Below are positions 33,918-46,619 of a DNA stretch of 64,000 nt, in pieces. This DNA comes from Dicyema japonicum (taxonomy: Eukaryota; Animalia; Dicyemida). How positions within the stretch are numbered: position 1 is the first letter of the stretch; each line of letters begins with the position of its first letter. The notes beneath the pieces are model-generated. The model was not told the origin of the DNA and ran no database searches. It worked only from the letters and a program-made list of their open reading frames with translations. The stretch is taken from contig RDEW01000012.1 of assembly GCA_011109175.1 (NCBI GenBank), positions 200,525-264,524 on the forward strand, read 5' to 3'. Made by a program: the position numbers and the translations under genes.

Positions 33918-35330
33918 ATGTCGCTTTGTGGAGACCTAAGACCGTTAATAGAGAGTATGAGGGTAATCTTAATTATATAATAACAGAAATGTGAAGATGT
34001 AGTTAATACATCACAATTAATATCAGATTGTTTCTGTAATATTATTAAGACCAGTTCTTATTCCAATCAAACTAGAAATAGATTCATTGAGTATTTGAAT
34101 GTTTGTGAGAAGCACGTATCTCATAATACAACAATACTAGTTCATATAATGAAAATAGCAGAGATTAGTGATGTATTATCAAATCAACAAAACAATGCCT
34201 TTTTGTTCAAAAATATAATCGGGGTTAATATTTCTCTTATATTAGAAAGTAACAAAGATGTTGTTAAAACTTGATAATGAAAAAATGTTAAATTCCTATA
34301 AGCCATACCTGGTATATTCTGATGTTGTACACTGTTGTCTCTGTACTATAAACTCACTCATAACAGACAGATTATACGACTACTCAATTTATATGAGATT
34401 TATATGTTTGATTGAGTGGACAAATGACCTATTTAATATAAATAGTAGTAATAAAAGACACATCCTGGGGAAAGTATTATTGAATGTTCTGACATTAGCT
34501 GTAATTATAATTGTTATTGTAGACTAATGATGATGTTGTACACTTTATTAAATTATTTCCTAAATTCATTCATCACTTGACCTGTCCTGTTACATTCTGT
34601 GATGTAATATTTGACAGTCTCTCCATTGGTGGTGTTGGTGCAATTTTGAGTTTACAGTCAATATTTATATTAATGGTTCACCATAATATGTAGTATATTT
34701 TGTAATATATAGTGAATATCCCCAAATATATCATGATTTGTATTGCCTCATGGACTATTCACTATTCAATCATTCAGAATGGACTTTGTTCTTTGTACAG
34801 ACTGATAAATTTATGTCATCTACGTATTATTAATGTAACACTAAGACATATCCCAATATCATACACTCTATCTTTTGCTAAAAAGGCTGCTCGTTTGTCC
34901 TTGTCTAGTTATGCTCAGTCCAATGTTGATTTGATTCTACAGTTTATTCTCAACATAATGTGCAGGCATCCATCGGCACGTGTCTTACTTAATAATGAGA
35001 CACAAGAATGTATTTATCATTATAATTTAAGCTGTTTTATGTGATCCCTTTGTTTTTGAAGAGAGAGACCCTGATAAGACCAATGCCCATTTGTCATCAT
35101 TATGGGAGATTAAGGTTGTTTACTGTTTTATTTTTGACATTGGAGTCTCACTACAAGTCTGACATATCAATGTTGTGCAGTAAACTATGCAATCATGTCG
35201 ATGATGATTCCATTAGGGACTTGTCACATATGGTTAAAGATAATGTATAATTAATATATATTATTAGGTTAATTTTATCCCTGACAGACATTATCTGACT
35301 CAATTTATTGTAAATTCTTTATATTAATTT
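33918..35330 (+). CDS. NOC4L: Nucleolar complex protein 4 homolog (CBF/Mak21 family)
   Basis: HLTCPVTFCDVIFDSLSIGGVGAILSLQSIFILM, HIPISYTLSFAKKAARLSL, ILNIMCRHPSARVLL and DPFVFEERDPDKTNAHLSSLWEIK..LESHY. The last exon is uncertain (end about 35250-35330). Confidence 0.88.
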
Positions 35331-35394
35331 ATTATCTTTAATTCACATAATAAAACAAATATAGTTATTGACCTAAAAATGATTGAAATATGTC

Positions 35395-36420
35395 GCTCAT
35401 GGTGAGCAAACATGCACAATTCGCAACAAATCAAATTTCGTCTTCTACAAAAATCCAGAAACCTCATTATAATCAACTACAAAATGTATCTCAAAGATCC
35501 GAATGGAAATCACAAGCTTGTATTTGTATGGACAATGAGTTTAACCTCAGCACTCCAATACCAGGCTCATCTTGGAATGAATAAAATAGGGGATCTCTGC
35601 AATAAACACTACTTCCATATTAAAATAAGTGTTATCCGCAGAGTAATTAATTCCTGTGAATCTTTAAGCTTTCTATTTTTTAAAAGTTTGTTTTTTGATA
35701 GATAAGAAAATTAATAAAAAATCTGGTTTCGAAGTAAATCCTAAAAATTATATATTTAATTTAGGTTTCAATGGAATTAAAAGGCATATTTTATGAATAT
35801 GGGCTTTGTATAATTTTACAATCAGAAAATGCTACAAAATTTAAAAATTATGATATTCGGGCACTTACTAATAAATTTAATATTAAACAAGTTCACGGAA
35901 GACCAAACAATCCTCGTTCTCAAGGTATTCAGTTGTTTTTATATATTTTTAAGGTTTCATAGAACGATTCAATCAAACCATCACACGGATTCTTTCAAAA
36001 ATGATGGCAAAAAACGCTGAAAAATCTGGGATTCAAATGTTATTTAGTGCCACTTATAACATAACTGCTCATTCGTCGAGCGGCAGAACACCTTTTGAAA
36101 TGTATATAAGCATTCTTGGTTTTAACATTGTTACACTAAATGATGGTCGGTTGTATATTTTTCAATAATTTGACATAGATTTGGAGAATAATATTTGCGA
36201 AAAGACAGTAAACACTGATGTTGTTCTGTATGATGAGTCGTTAGACGAAACGAATAATGAAGCTACAAAGTCTGCTTGTGAAATGGGTTACAAAAATGAT
36301 TTTAAAATTAGAAAACTTTCAACTTAAGTTCATAAAACCAAATTTGAATTCACCTTATTTTAAGAGGATGAACAAAAAGCTGAATGTTTATCATGGTAAA
36401 TACACGTTTTCTATAGGAGA
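35395..36420 (+). mobile_element. Intron-containing retroviral-type DDE integrase (Ginger/KRBA2-like), degenerate
   Basis: QAHLGMNK..KHYFHI..IRRVINSCES (H2C2 zinc-binding region); KSGFE|VSMELKGIFYEYGLCIILQSENATKF..FNIKQVHGRPNNPRSQG|FIERFNQT with GT-AG introns at 35734-35764 and 35925-35953. Confidence 0.75.
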
Positions 36421-36599
36421 TCAAGTTTTTATTAAATAATTAAATGTAAGTTCGAGTTTTAAAAAATTATTGAACTAATCCTTTTCTAAGGATGAATAAA
36501 TTTGCGAGTCCATACTGTGAGAATGTAAAAGTTTTAAGTTTATTATCAAACAATCTTGTAGAGGTTAATATGTAAAAAAATATTTTTAGGTTTGTTTAT

Positions 36600-37740
36600 C
36601 AACTGGTGAAAAAAATTATTCCAATGCATATGGTTAATAGTCGACTTACAAAACTAGAAGTTTTTTTCGCTTATGCATACAAGAAGTCAAAAAAAGGAGC
36701 TCTGGAGAGATCGTTGTGTACAATCAATGAAGAGATTAGAATTGTTGGAAGAAAGATTAGGATGCACAAGTCGAGAATGGAATTTCGAAGAGACAATTTA
36801 TGCTTTAAGCTTAATAGAAGACGATTCACAAAGTTGGTGAAGCCTCGAAGAGTATTCCACATCCTCGTGAAGGAGGACTGTTTGTTTAGGGTATACATAA
36901 GGTTACTTGTCTCTTTCCTGTTTCATTTTATCCTTGTATCTGATATCTCTTTCCAAGGCTCGGATCCTTATTCTGGTTTCCCAAGATTGATTCTGTAGGC
37001 TTTTAGGCAATTTCTTTCCTTCGTAAGTGAATCTGATGCGCAATAAAGCTTCTTAGTTAAGTGGATTGGCTTTCTTTTGATAAAAGTCCTCATGCCCTCA
37101 AGCAATACACCATTGAAGTAGAGTAAAGGGTTATCGAGGGAGTTGAAGTTGTTAAGGTCAAAACCATACAAATTATAGTCGACAAAGTGTGAAACAAACT
37201 CCAGTTGACATTTTTGTATTCTGGCCGTAACACTGTTTTCCTTTTAATACACAATATTCCTTTGAACGTGATGATAATAGGGTTATAGTCACAGATAATG
37301 TCGTATGATACTGACCAATTGATTTTGATTAGGGCGGGAATTTTTGACGAAACAAGTGTCAAGTCGGGGGAGGAAGTTCAGTCGTTTTCTCTGTAGGGGG
37401 TTCTTGTGTGAATCTGGGATTGTTTAATATTACAAGTTGGTTCAGCGTCGATAGCAAGTGGATTCCTCTGGAGTCTTCCGGTTGGTTTTTGAACCACATC
37501 GGATGTTTCGCGTTCAGGTCTCCACATCCTAATAGGTTATTGGCAGAATTTTCGACATTGAAGATAGCAACGAACTGGTCTGAATGATGCCGGGACGTTT
37601 TTGGTTTCCCATCTTCAATATCGGGTGGATGAAGGCAAATTTCCATAGTGAGGGATCGCATTTTCCCTTAAAAACCAATTCTAGACCTTTGTAAGGGTCC
37701 TGATCCCCTCCGGTCCAAGAATTTTCAGCAGGCATTCGTG
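36600..37740 (-). mobile_element. Rearranged LINE fragments (APE and RT pieces)
   Basis: GCGDLNAKHPMW, PDLTLVS..WSVSYDIICDYNPI, YKNVNWSLF and a FIHPILKMG..SLLSSMSKIL piece out of normal order. Confidence 0.65.
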
Positions 37741-37749
37741 AAGGTGTCT

Positions 37750-37838
37750 TAATAATAATAAATGATTTATAAAACCTAATAAAATATTTATAATAATTAA
37801 AAAAATTAAAATTCAAGCGTCCCCGTTAAGAACCACTG
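37750..37838. mobile_element. hAT (Charlie-type) right terminus
   Basis: GTTAAGAACCACTG followed by ATCTAAAC, resembling the NTCTAGAN target preference. Confidence 0.5.
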
Positions 37839-37844
37839 ATCTAA

Positions 37845-38150
37845 ACAATATCACCGTACTTGTTTGCTGTCAGGGGTGTCTTCCGAAAGCAGTGCATGGC
37901 TCAACACCATTTCTAATACAGTTTTGGGTACCTTTCTGGATGATGAATGGGTCCGTTTGTTCCGATTGCTTTTGAAATTTCTTGTTCCATTGCGCCTGCT
38001 ACACTGGAATTCTTGAGTCGTCTAGGGAATCTGATGTCTACACGAACAGGAGATTCCCGATGCGCTGCTGGTATTTAAGTGACTTTAGCTCGCCATCCCG
38101 AGATGGAATAGCCAAGCGGGCGGTCAAGGCGGCCACTGCGTGACCTTTTG
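37845..38150 (+). mobile_element. Internally deleted CRE-like fragment
   Basis: SESSAWLNTISNTVLGTFLDDE joined directly to FVPIAFEIS..LEFLSRLG; paralogous to 6800-7400. Confidence 0.7.
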
Positions 38151-38196
38151 GTATATTTTATTCTGTTTTAACAGTAAAAAAATATATTATATATTG

Positions 38197-41100
38197 TCAC
38201 GGGATATTAGTGTTAGATTGTGTTTTGCAATCGAGGGAATAAGAGATTATCAATTGATGATAATTCAAAATTTTATCCTACAATAGACTAGTTATCGACA
38301 GTTTACCATTAAATGTAGATTATGAATCAACGAAAAGAGAACAATTATAAACTGTTATCTGAAAGCAATAACCAATAATTTGAAACAAAAAGATAACAAA
38401 GAAAATGTTTAGATTCCGATATCTCTTCTAATCCTTCCCAAATAATTCAAATGTCCAAACTGACAGAGTGCCTCATCATAAGCTAATAATAAATATAATG
38501 AAAACTAATGATAGAATTATTAACATCCTGAAGGACATCCAAACCCAATTCAATGGCCCCAATCATAAACTGAGAATAATGTTGATTTATAATAGTATGA
38601 ACATCAACACACCCATAAACTGATTTAAGTTCAAATATTTCTTTGGATGCCTATGTAATAAACAATAAAGACCTGTTGGTAATCACAATTATCACTCAAA
38701 GCATCTCTAATCTCATTTAATCTACGAGAAACAGTCTCTTTGTCATTACCAAACCATATCAATGTCTAAATTATATACAAAACAAACATCCTTAACATCC
38801 ACTATTTTATATTCATTAATTTCACTTTCAAAATAATCATAAATGTTATAATCAAACATTTCATCAGAAAACAAATTAGAGGATAAACACTGTGATTACT
38901 AAAAGTGATAACCTGTTCAGAATATATATTTGTAATAATTTTAGAAATAGATTTTATAATTTTAAGAAATAAATAATCTGGATCTCTCCATTTGTGTTCT
39001 TCATAATTACAGAGAAATGTCCTCAATTCTTTAACAATAACATTAACAGAGAATTGATGACTGGAACTGTTAATCCGTTTACACAATAACATAAAACACA
39101 AAATATAATAATAAATATACATTTAGTAGATTTGTAATATAAATGTTTGGGTAATTACCAGTTGATAGGGCATCCTGACTGAGGGATATTAGAGTACTAA
39201 ATAATAATAATAATATACCAATATATATAATCTCCATAACAATTATTAATAACCAAATATATTAAATAATTAAGAGATTGTATTATCATATTATTATGTA
39301 TTCTCTCATCATTTAATAATAGTAATAGTAAACTTGTTAAATCAATTAGTGTTTGTTTGTTAATTGTTATTGAATAATCATTATTATTAATAATCTAAAT
39401 ATTATCAATAGTAACCTTTATTAATAAACAAATATTCCCATTAAAATTTTCAATAGTTTCTATTTGTGATTCCTTAAGATATCTGTTGTATAAAAGTCTT
39501 AATTGTATTGTAACAAACATGACAATTCTGTCAATATGTGAAATAATACATTTACTATAATTAAGCATTTCTCCAACCTATAATTAATATTTATTATTAC
39601 TTGTATTATAGCAGTCATGGCAGAATCAAAATTACTGCTTACTAATTGAGATGGAATTACTTCTATTATAGTTAATGGGAGTTGTTGTCCAACATTACAA
39701 GAGTCATCATTTACAGATCTTAGAGGCACTTGCACATTGGATTGAATTAATGACAGTATTTCATTCTCTTTTGAAGAATGCAACTCTGTTTTAACAGATT
39801 TGAATGGTTTTATAGGAGAGTCATCCAAATCTAGTTCAAAGCGAGGAAGATCCAATACACTAGATCTTTTTATCATTGACGGATTATCCAATGTACTAGA
39901 TCTTTTTGTCACTGATGAATGAAAATTAATTTGAGATGGTATTTCCTGAATTTTCTCAACATCTTCAATCTTGTCTCCACTAATTTGAGGTATCTTACCA
40001 GAACGACGAATCCGTTCATCAACAAAACTCATATCCTTATCTGACAACTAATATAAATAAAGAAAACTACATTGCCCAATAAAGTGTAAACATTATCCCC
40101 GACCTGAGAATAAGCAGCAATAATAGCATTGAGAGCAGCATTTCTAACAGAATTATCTCTATCACCAATAGTTTGTCCAACCATTTTCAATATTAGAGTC
40201 ATTTCCTTATTATCAAATATATTGGATAATATAATTCCTTCCAGGACTTCAAGACACTCTATAATTACAATTAATTATAACCTGTTCTTAATTTTGCAGA
40301 TTTTGATTTAAGTCCATCCAATACATGAGTAATAAGCTTAGATGGACCAGTAATTGATATTATTTGTGAGAATAGTGATCTACTCTGTTTACGAACATTC
40401 TCTTTATTATTAGCAAACTATATATTTATAATAATAATACCTTCTCTATTAAATACGGAATAAATGAGCTTATCTCAGAATCCTTTAATGTTAAATCTGA
40501 TGAATTAAATATTATTTGTAAAAATTCAAATGTTTTTATATGAACTGATGGATTTGTGTCAAAAAACCTCAATGATGCCCATTTAAGGATAACATCCACA
40601 TTAGACATAATTTCAACACTATATTGATCAAATGACTGGTATTAAACAGTAATAACCTTAGTAATTGTTTCCAATGCTGCTAAATGTTGTTTAAAGTCGG
40701 AATTAAATAAATTATCAATTAGGGACTGTGAGAATGTATATTCCATAATTGTTCGTAATTGATCAACGTGGTCTTGAGTGGGAGTTTGAAAATTCCACTT
40801 TAACAACTACAATAATACAATTGTAATACTCGTAAATTTTTTGCAAGTTTCTACAATTTATAATAATTATTACTCTTTCACTTGACATTCTGATAAGGGG
40901 ATTGAGACTTCCTCTTGTTTGGGTTTTATGATCTCTGTCACTTTTTTGATTGGAACTTCTTTTTTAGTTGGAGCTTCAATTTTCTTTTAAGATTTTTGGA
41001 TTTCTTTGTTTGGGAGTCTTTGTTGGTTGAGGAATATCATTGGATGTGGGTTTAATGGCAGGTTTGGCAGTTGATTTGTCATAGTAGTCTTTGATCTAAT

Positions 41101-42774
41101 GATCAGTGTATAGATAACCTTAGCGAGTTTAATATCCTCAATGTCATCCAACAAGGGAATGATTGTCTTCTCTCCATATGATTTTTCATAAGCAGCTATA
41201 ATTTCAAACCCGGCTTCTCTGACATCACTATTAGAATGTGACACCAACTACAGATTAATGATAGTAATTACAGTTAATAATGCACTTATCATGGTTTTTA
41301 AGTTCTTTTTAGAAAGTGCAGAAATGATCTAGCATTCATTGAACGAAGCAAAAGTTGTGAGACTTCAATTCTTATTTTTGGATTCTTAGATTTTAATAGT
41401 TCGATAATATCATCAAATATATTATCAATATTAACCTGTAGTAATGATAATATAATACAAGATTATAGAAAGAATCACAAGCTGTCCTTAGTGCTGTTAA
41501 AATATTTACTTTTCTCTCAGAGAGTCTAGCAAGTCCAGCTAATAAACACTATAATAAATATAATAATGACAGAGTCAGCATATTGAGTGAAATTCTTTTT
41601 AAGACCAATACATATTGAATTTAATAATTCAACAGCTTGCATTACAAGAATGACATTAGCATCCTTTGCAACAATCTATGATAATAATAAGTAATCACCT
41701 TTTTTAAACAAGTAATGAGTGGATCATAATCATGCGAAGGGTCGAGTCGATTAATTGTTTTACCAACAATATCCCCCAAATCTGTCAAAGCTGAATTCCT
41801 TTCCTTCCAATTTTTATCAGTCTACAATGATAACAAATTAAACAGCTCTAGTAAAGAAATCACTTGGTAGTTTAGGAATTAAATCCCACAAAACAGTCAA
41901 TATCATCATCATCTAATGTTGTATACTAACACACCTTCACAAGTATGATCTGATTGGTCAGGTTGAATCTCAACAATCTCAGCACATTGTTTGTGTGATC
42001 TAATAAATCTCTTTGGGGTTGGTTTGTCATATGTAACAAATTGTTTATATAATTCTTCCACCTATAAATAAGTAATAATACAACAAGAGATTGTTTAACT
42101 GCGGAAAAGTGAGATTTAATAGGGTCTCCCACCCATTTATACATTTCCACAAGCAGTACCTTAGCTTCTTCTCTTACATTTTTGTCACGTGCCTCGATTA
42201 AAGGTATTACGTCCTTAATCATTCTCTTTACGGAAATAATTTTGTTACCAAATTGTCTAATATGATTATTAAAGATAACTCTAATGATTCTTTCATAATT
42301 TGTAGACATGAAACAACCACTTTTGGATTCTTGTGGAATATCCCCTTAAGTAACTCGTCCTGAACAATCTCAGACTTTTCCTTTTCTACATAATTGAGAA
42401 TAATTTCCAAGGATAGTTGTTTTGTCTTAGGTTTAGAACCCAAACACTTTGACACAATCATTGAGATTACATCACTTACCATTCTGTTGATTAATTATTA
42501 GTACTTTTCAGCAGTCACAGTATTTGATACAAATGATTGTGCAGCTTCCAAGGCTTTGTCGAGATTATTCATATTCAAATCGCATAATATCTTCGGGACA
42601 AGTGATGAGTATGTTAACATTTGAGGTTCTTTTTCATTACAGAATTTAAAGAATTTTGACAACTCTGAATATCCAGTTGCCCTCACCTGCCAATTCTTTA
42701 ATATTTAATTTATGACTTACTTTATGCATGCATTTCTCTTCAGTCGGTAATTTGGAAAAATCTTCCTCACTCAT
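38197..42774 (-). CDS. CKAP5: Microtubule polymerase ch-TOG/XMAP215, shortened
   Basis: MSEEDFSKLPTEEKCMHKNWQVRATGYSE (cf. [23 protein letters not shown]), KNPKVVVSCL, DKNVREEAK, NWKERNSAL, SDVREAGFE and KWNFQTP..VDVILKWASLRFFDTNPSV..EISSFIPYLIEK. One apparent 1-nt frameshift near 41325; the 3' end is approximate. Confidence 0.9.
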
Positions 42775-42939
42775 AAATAACACCACAGCACCGCCTTATC
42801 AAATATTTATTTTATTACAAAACATTATTGTAATGTGTAATTATATAATTTAATGTTTTTATATTGGGATAATTTAATTTCTTTTCCATAAATTTGAGTA
42901 ATTTAATTAGCTAGCATATCTGAGTCAATTTTATAATGT

Positions 42940-43265
42940 TAATGTTAGCCGCGTGGCGCCATGTGGTGCTTCGTGGCTAGTTGGTGAAGTTTCTGTTCGT
43001 TCGTCTGTTCCTCCTCTCTTTTCCTATTAGAGTGGCGTCATGTGATCCACCTGTCTAGGTGGCGCCCACTGCCAGGCCGGCACGAAAAAGGATCATATGC
43101 TCTCCCCCACTCCACTGGAGGGATTTCCACAACTGCAAGTATGGACGTCTTTTACCTTTTTTGTTGATTCCGGATGGACTTTGTGTAAGTGGAAACTGGA
43201 TACACTTAATTAATTGTTTACTTTAACTTCTTTCTCGGTGTATTTGGGGTTAATAAATAATAAAT
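42940..43265 (+). mobile_element. SINE-like family B element
   Basis: Inverted paralog of 24305-24615. Weak A-box-like TGGCTAGTTGGT near the 5' end; GGATACAC..GTGTAT stem followed by GGGGTTAATAAATAA. Confidence 0.75.
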
Positions 43266-43479
43266 ATTTAATAACATAACTTTTCTTTGCTTAAAGTAAA
43301 ATGTGTGTCATCTCTGGTAGGATCTATAGCTAATATGGCTCTTCATAAAGTGTGTTCTGTTTTTTCAAAAGTCCACTATGGGCTTCTTGGCTGAACGTAA
43401 CTTCAGAAGAAATTGGATTTAGAAATCGTGGATTAAAATCCTAAAGATGGAGTTTTAGCGAAGGTCAATTCTCTTCAAA

Positions 43480-43670
43480 CATATCCCACCCGTGAGGCGA
43501 CTAGTTCTTCTGGAACGACAGTTGTTGAAAAGGATCTTCCGTCCCCGTTCTACCAATTCTGTTGGATCTTCGAGGACCCCGAACGAGAGCCAGAACCCGG
43601 AAAACCGGGATCACTTAGTTAGTAGTTAACTTTTAACTTTTTCTAATCCGGTGATCTTGGGGTAAAAAAA
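43480..43670 (+). mobile_element. Family-B-related element or 3' tail
   Basis: gaaaaggatc core motif; GGGATCACT..GGTGATCTT stem followed by GGGGTAAAAAAAA. Confidence 0.55.
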
Positions 43671-43914
43671 AGGATTTTCTTACCATTCTCCTTGGTTAAC
43701 TCTACTGGTGTATATAGTCATCCTGAATCTCTTCCGCCTATGAATGATGTGATTTTTCGCGATGATAGGACGTGTGATAAAAATGGAAGATGGACTTACT
43801 TTTTCATCTCTCTTCTGAAGTAGAGGCCTTTAATTGACTATTGGAGTATGGATTTGGTCGGCATAAACAGACGTTCCTTCATTATTTTAATTATTTGACT
43901 TTATGTGTTGGACT

Positions 43915-44250
43915 TGGATTATGGACAACCACACCGACTGTCTTTGATGAAGACCTTAAAGAAATAGGGAGACGTCTCGAGAACGGGAAGGACCTTGACA
44001 GGCTGCGTGACATGACAAGATTTGGCTGAAAATAGAAGATGCTAACTAGTAATTTTTCTTGTTGCACATGCTTTGTCATAACCTAAGAATGGACCAAGCT
44101 GTTTCCGGCAAACAATCTTAGCTGACTAACAGAGCAGTTTTGGATAGTGCGGACGTCCGCTCTATGACAATTCACAAAGATTTTGAGACTGTTAAAAAGA
44201 AACTCGAAAATGCAAACGACCTAAATGTCCTTCGAAAAGTCGCCTTCTAA
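43915..44250 (+). mobile_element. Two RTE-like C-terminal fragments
   Basis: TTPTVFDEDLKEIGRRLENGKDLDRLRDM and RPSMTIHKDFETVKKKLENANDLNVLRKVA. Confidence 0.6.
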
Positions 44251-44829
44251 AGGAAAGCGAAAAATCTAAAATAGTAGGTTGTCCACGGTGTTGAAGAAGC
44301 GGCGAGTAGATAACTTTCTTTTAGTTACGTTTTGCAAAATAATAATAATCCGTATTTTATCGAAATGTTATCTAATAATGTTAATTTTATAAAATTAAAT
44401 CCTCGTGTGGGTGTTTGGGAGATTTAGAATCATCACTTATTCAAAAAGCCAATTAGATTAGCCCTCTAAGTAATCTGTGGTGTTTTGAGTTGAGATCTGC
44501 ACATATTATAATTTTTCCAAATGTATTCACGTCAAGTTCATATTGCGTATCTATGAGGTTTCCAAATATGCAGACTAACAAAGTGGACAGTCTTTTAAAC
44601 TTAAAAGTCTGACAAAATTCCAAATTAATTTATAAGTTTATCCAAAAACGTTAACTTAACCAGGACATGATCCAATAAATTATAATAAAAACCACAAAAG
44701 AAATTTAACAATTTTTCGTTAGGACTTTTTCTTAGAAAATTTTTCAAAAATAGGCCAATTTGTGAGGGTCGAAGTGGTTGCTTTTTTATACACACAAACT
44801 CACTATTTTTATAAAATTTGAACCACGAA

Positions 44830-44960
44830 AATTCATTATTCCATCCTCCCAGGAAGGGGATTTACTGGAGCCACCTTTGTTCAGTATGGGAATCTCTATT
44901 ACGACTCTGAACTGTACTTTGATGATTGCACTGCCAATAAAAAGCTGCAGAACTTTGGGC
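44830..44960 (+). mobile_element. LINE RT fragment
   Basis: SQEGDLLEPPLFSM followed by a YFDD-like motif in a shifted frame. Confidence 0.45.
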
Positions 44961-45085
44961 TAACTTTGAGATTTAGTTTACTTAGCACGCATATCTTAGT
45001 TGGGACTGCCGTACTTAAGCGATTGAAGTCGTAAACAGACGTTATAAGAGAAATAATATATAAAAGGAATAATTAATATAAAACG

Positions 45086-46473
45086 TCAAGTTGGATTAAA
45101 GTATGTACGCATCAATGCTTGTCTTTTATTTGATTCACGTTTATTCGATGCCTTCCTTACACGTGTATGTTTTAAGGTACTATTTACTTTATTGGTTTTA
45201 GAATTGATCTTCTTAACAGGGGATTTATATAGGTAGACCTCTTCGATTCCATTGAAAAAAATTGAAGGACTTTGAATGAGTTTGGAAGGATAAATAAATT
45301 CTGGGGAGGGACTTTTTCTTAAAAGTGGATGATAAATACTTGAAAAAGCAAAATGATCATCTTTATGATAATTTTGCCACAATGCAACGAGACAGTCATC
45401 CCCAGCAGTTAGAATCTAATAAATAAAAAAAATACTTCATTTTTAGAAGGACTCCAATCAACAGCAGTAACTTCCCCAGTGTGTCCAATAAGAGTATATT
45501 CTTTAGTGAATGAATTGATATTAATAATAGAGGCTGAATTATCTGATGATCCGGCAATAATGTGGGAATCATCACAAGACAGACATATTTGTACAAAATA
45601 TGTATTTATTGATAAATCATTGTAAGAACTAATCAATTCCAACTTTCTGGATCCTCGTAAAGATATTCTATGAAGTCCTGAATTTGGTCTAACAGAACTA
45701 GCATAAACAGTGAATAAATCGTTTGATAATGAAAGACACGAAAATCCAGAATTTAATTTGAGAGAAAATACATCCAAAGGAACAGTCTTCCTGGTATCCC
45801 ACAAACGAATAGAACCATCAGAACCAGAAGTAATTAACATAGTATTGTCTAGAGAACGAACACAAGTGACACTCTTTGATGATTTTGAATTAAGATTATG
45901 TGCCTTATCAACAATCCAAGCACATCGATTAGGTTTCCTTATATCCCACAAACGAATAGTCCCATCATTAGAACAACTATAAATAAGTGCTAAATTAATA
46001 ATAAATAATTACAATCATTCGATATACAACGTGATGATCGTTTTACTGATTGACTATGTCCTTTAAATATTTGAATAACTGATAATGATTCAATATTTAA
46101 TAATGCAAGAGAAAAGTCTGCCGATGATGTCACAAGATAATCTTTTTTATTTCCAATAAGCCATTCAACGTCATAAATTGCTCTATTGTGTATTTTCTTT
46201 TTTATTCTTGAGTATTTTGACGATTTACTTGCTATGTAAAGTTGTCCCGCCTCATCAGATATTACATAGGTATCCCCCTCAGCTTAAATTGGTAATAAAC
46301 CATTACTGGGTTCAAATTTGCAGGAATATGGAGGACACGGATGGAGATCACTATTATCAAATATTTCTATATTATTTTTGGAGTAGTAATTAACAATTGG
46401 AGGGTTAAATTGTCCTAATCATTATAATTATATAATTACCTGTATATTCATTCTCCAATATGCGGTTGAACAT
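45086..46473 (-). CDS. DTL: Denticleless/CDT2 WD40 substrate receptor of CRL4
   Basis: PPYSCKF, WDIRK..KAHN..SVTCV..TMLITSGSDGSIRLWDTRK, TYFVQICLSCDDSHIIAGSSD..LIGHTGEVTAVDWSP, and a canonical C-terminal PIP box QALMRTYF. Confidence 0.88.
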
Positions 46474-46619
46474 GACTATATTAATTTTTAAATTTTATTA
46501 TAATCAAAATATTAAAAATACGTAAATTAATTAATATTACAACTAATTATTCAAAAACTTTAAGTTCAAAAAGATAAATGAACCTCCATACAATTGTAAT
46601 GAACAGACCTAGCTTATTT

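Noticed and set aside
42937-43276. Solo LTR (TGTTA...TAACA)
   Set aside because: There is no 4-6 bp TSD, and the paralog at 24305-24615 has a 12-bp TSD and a tail typical of non-LTR retroposition.
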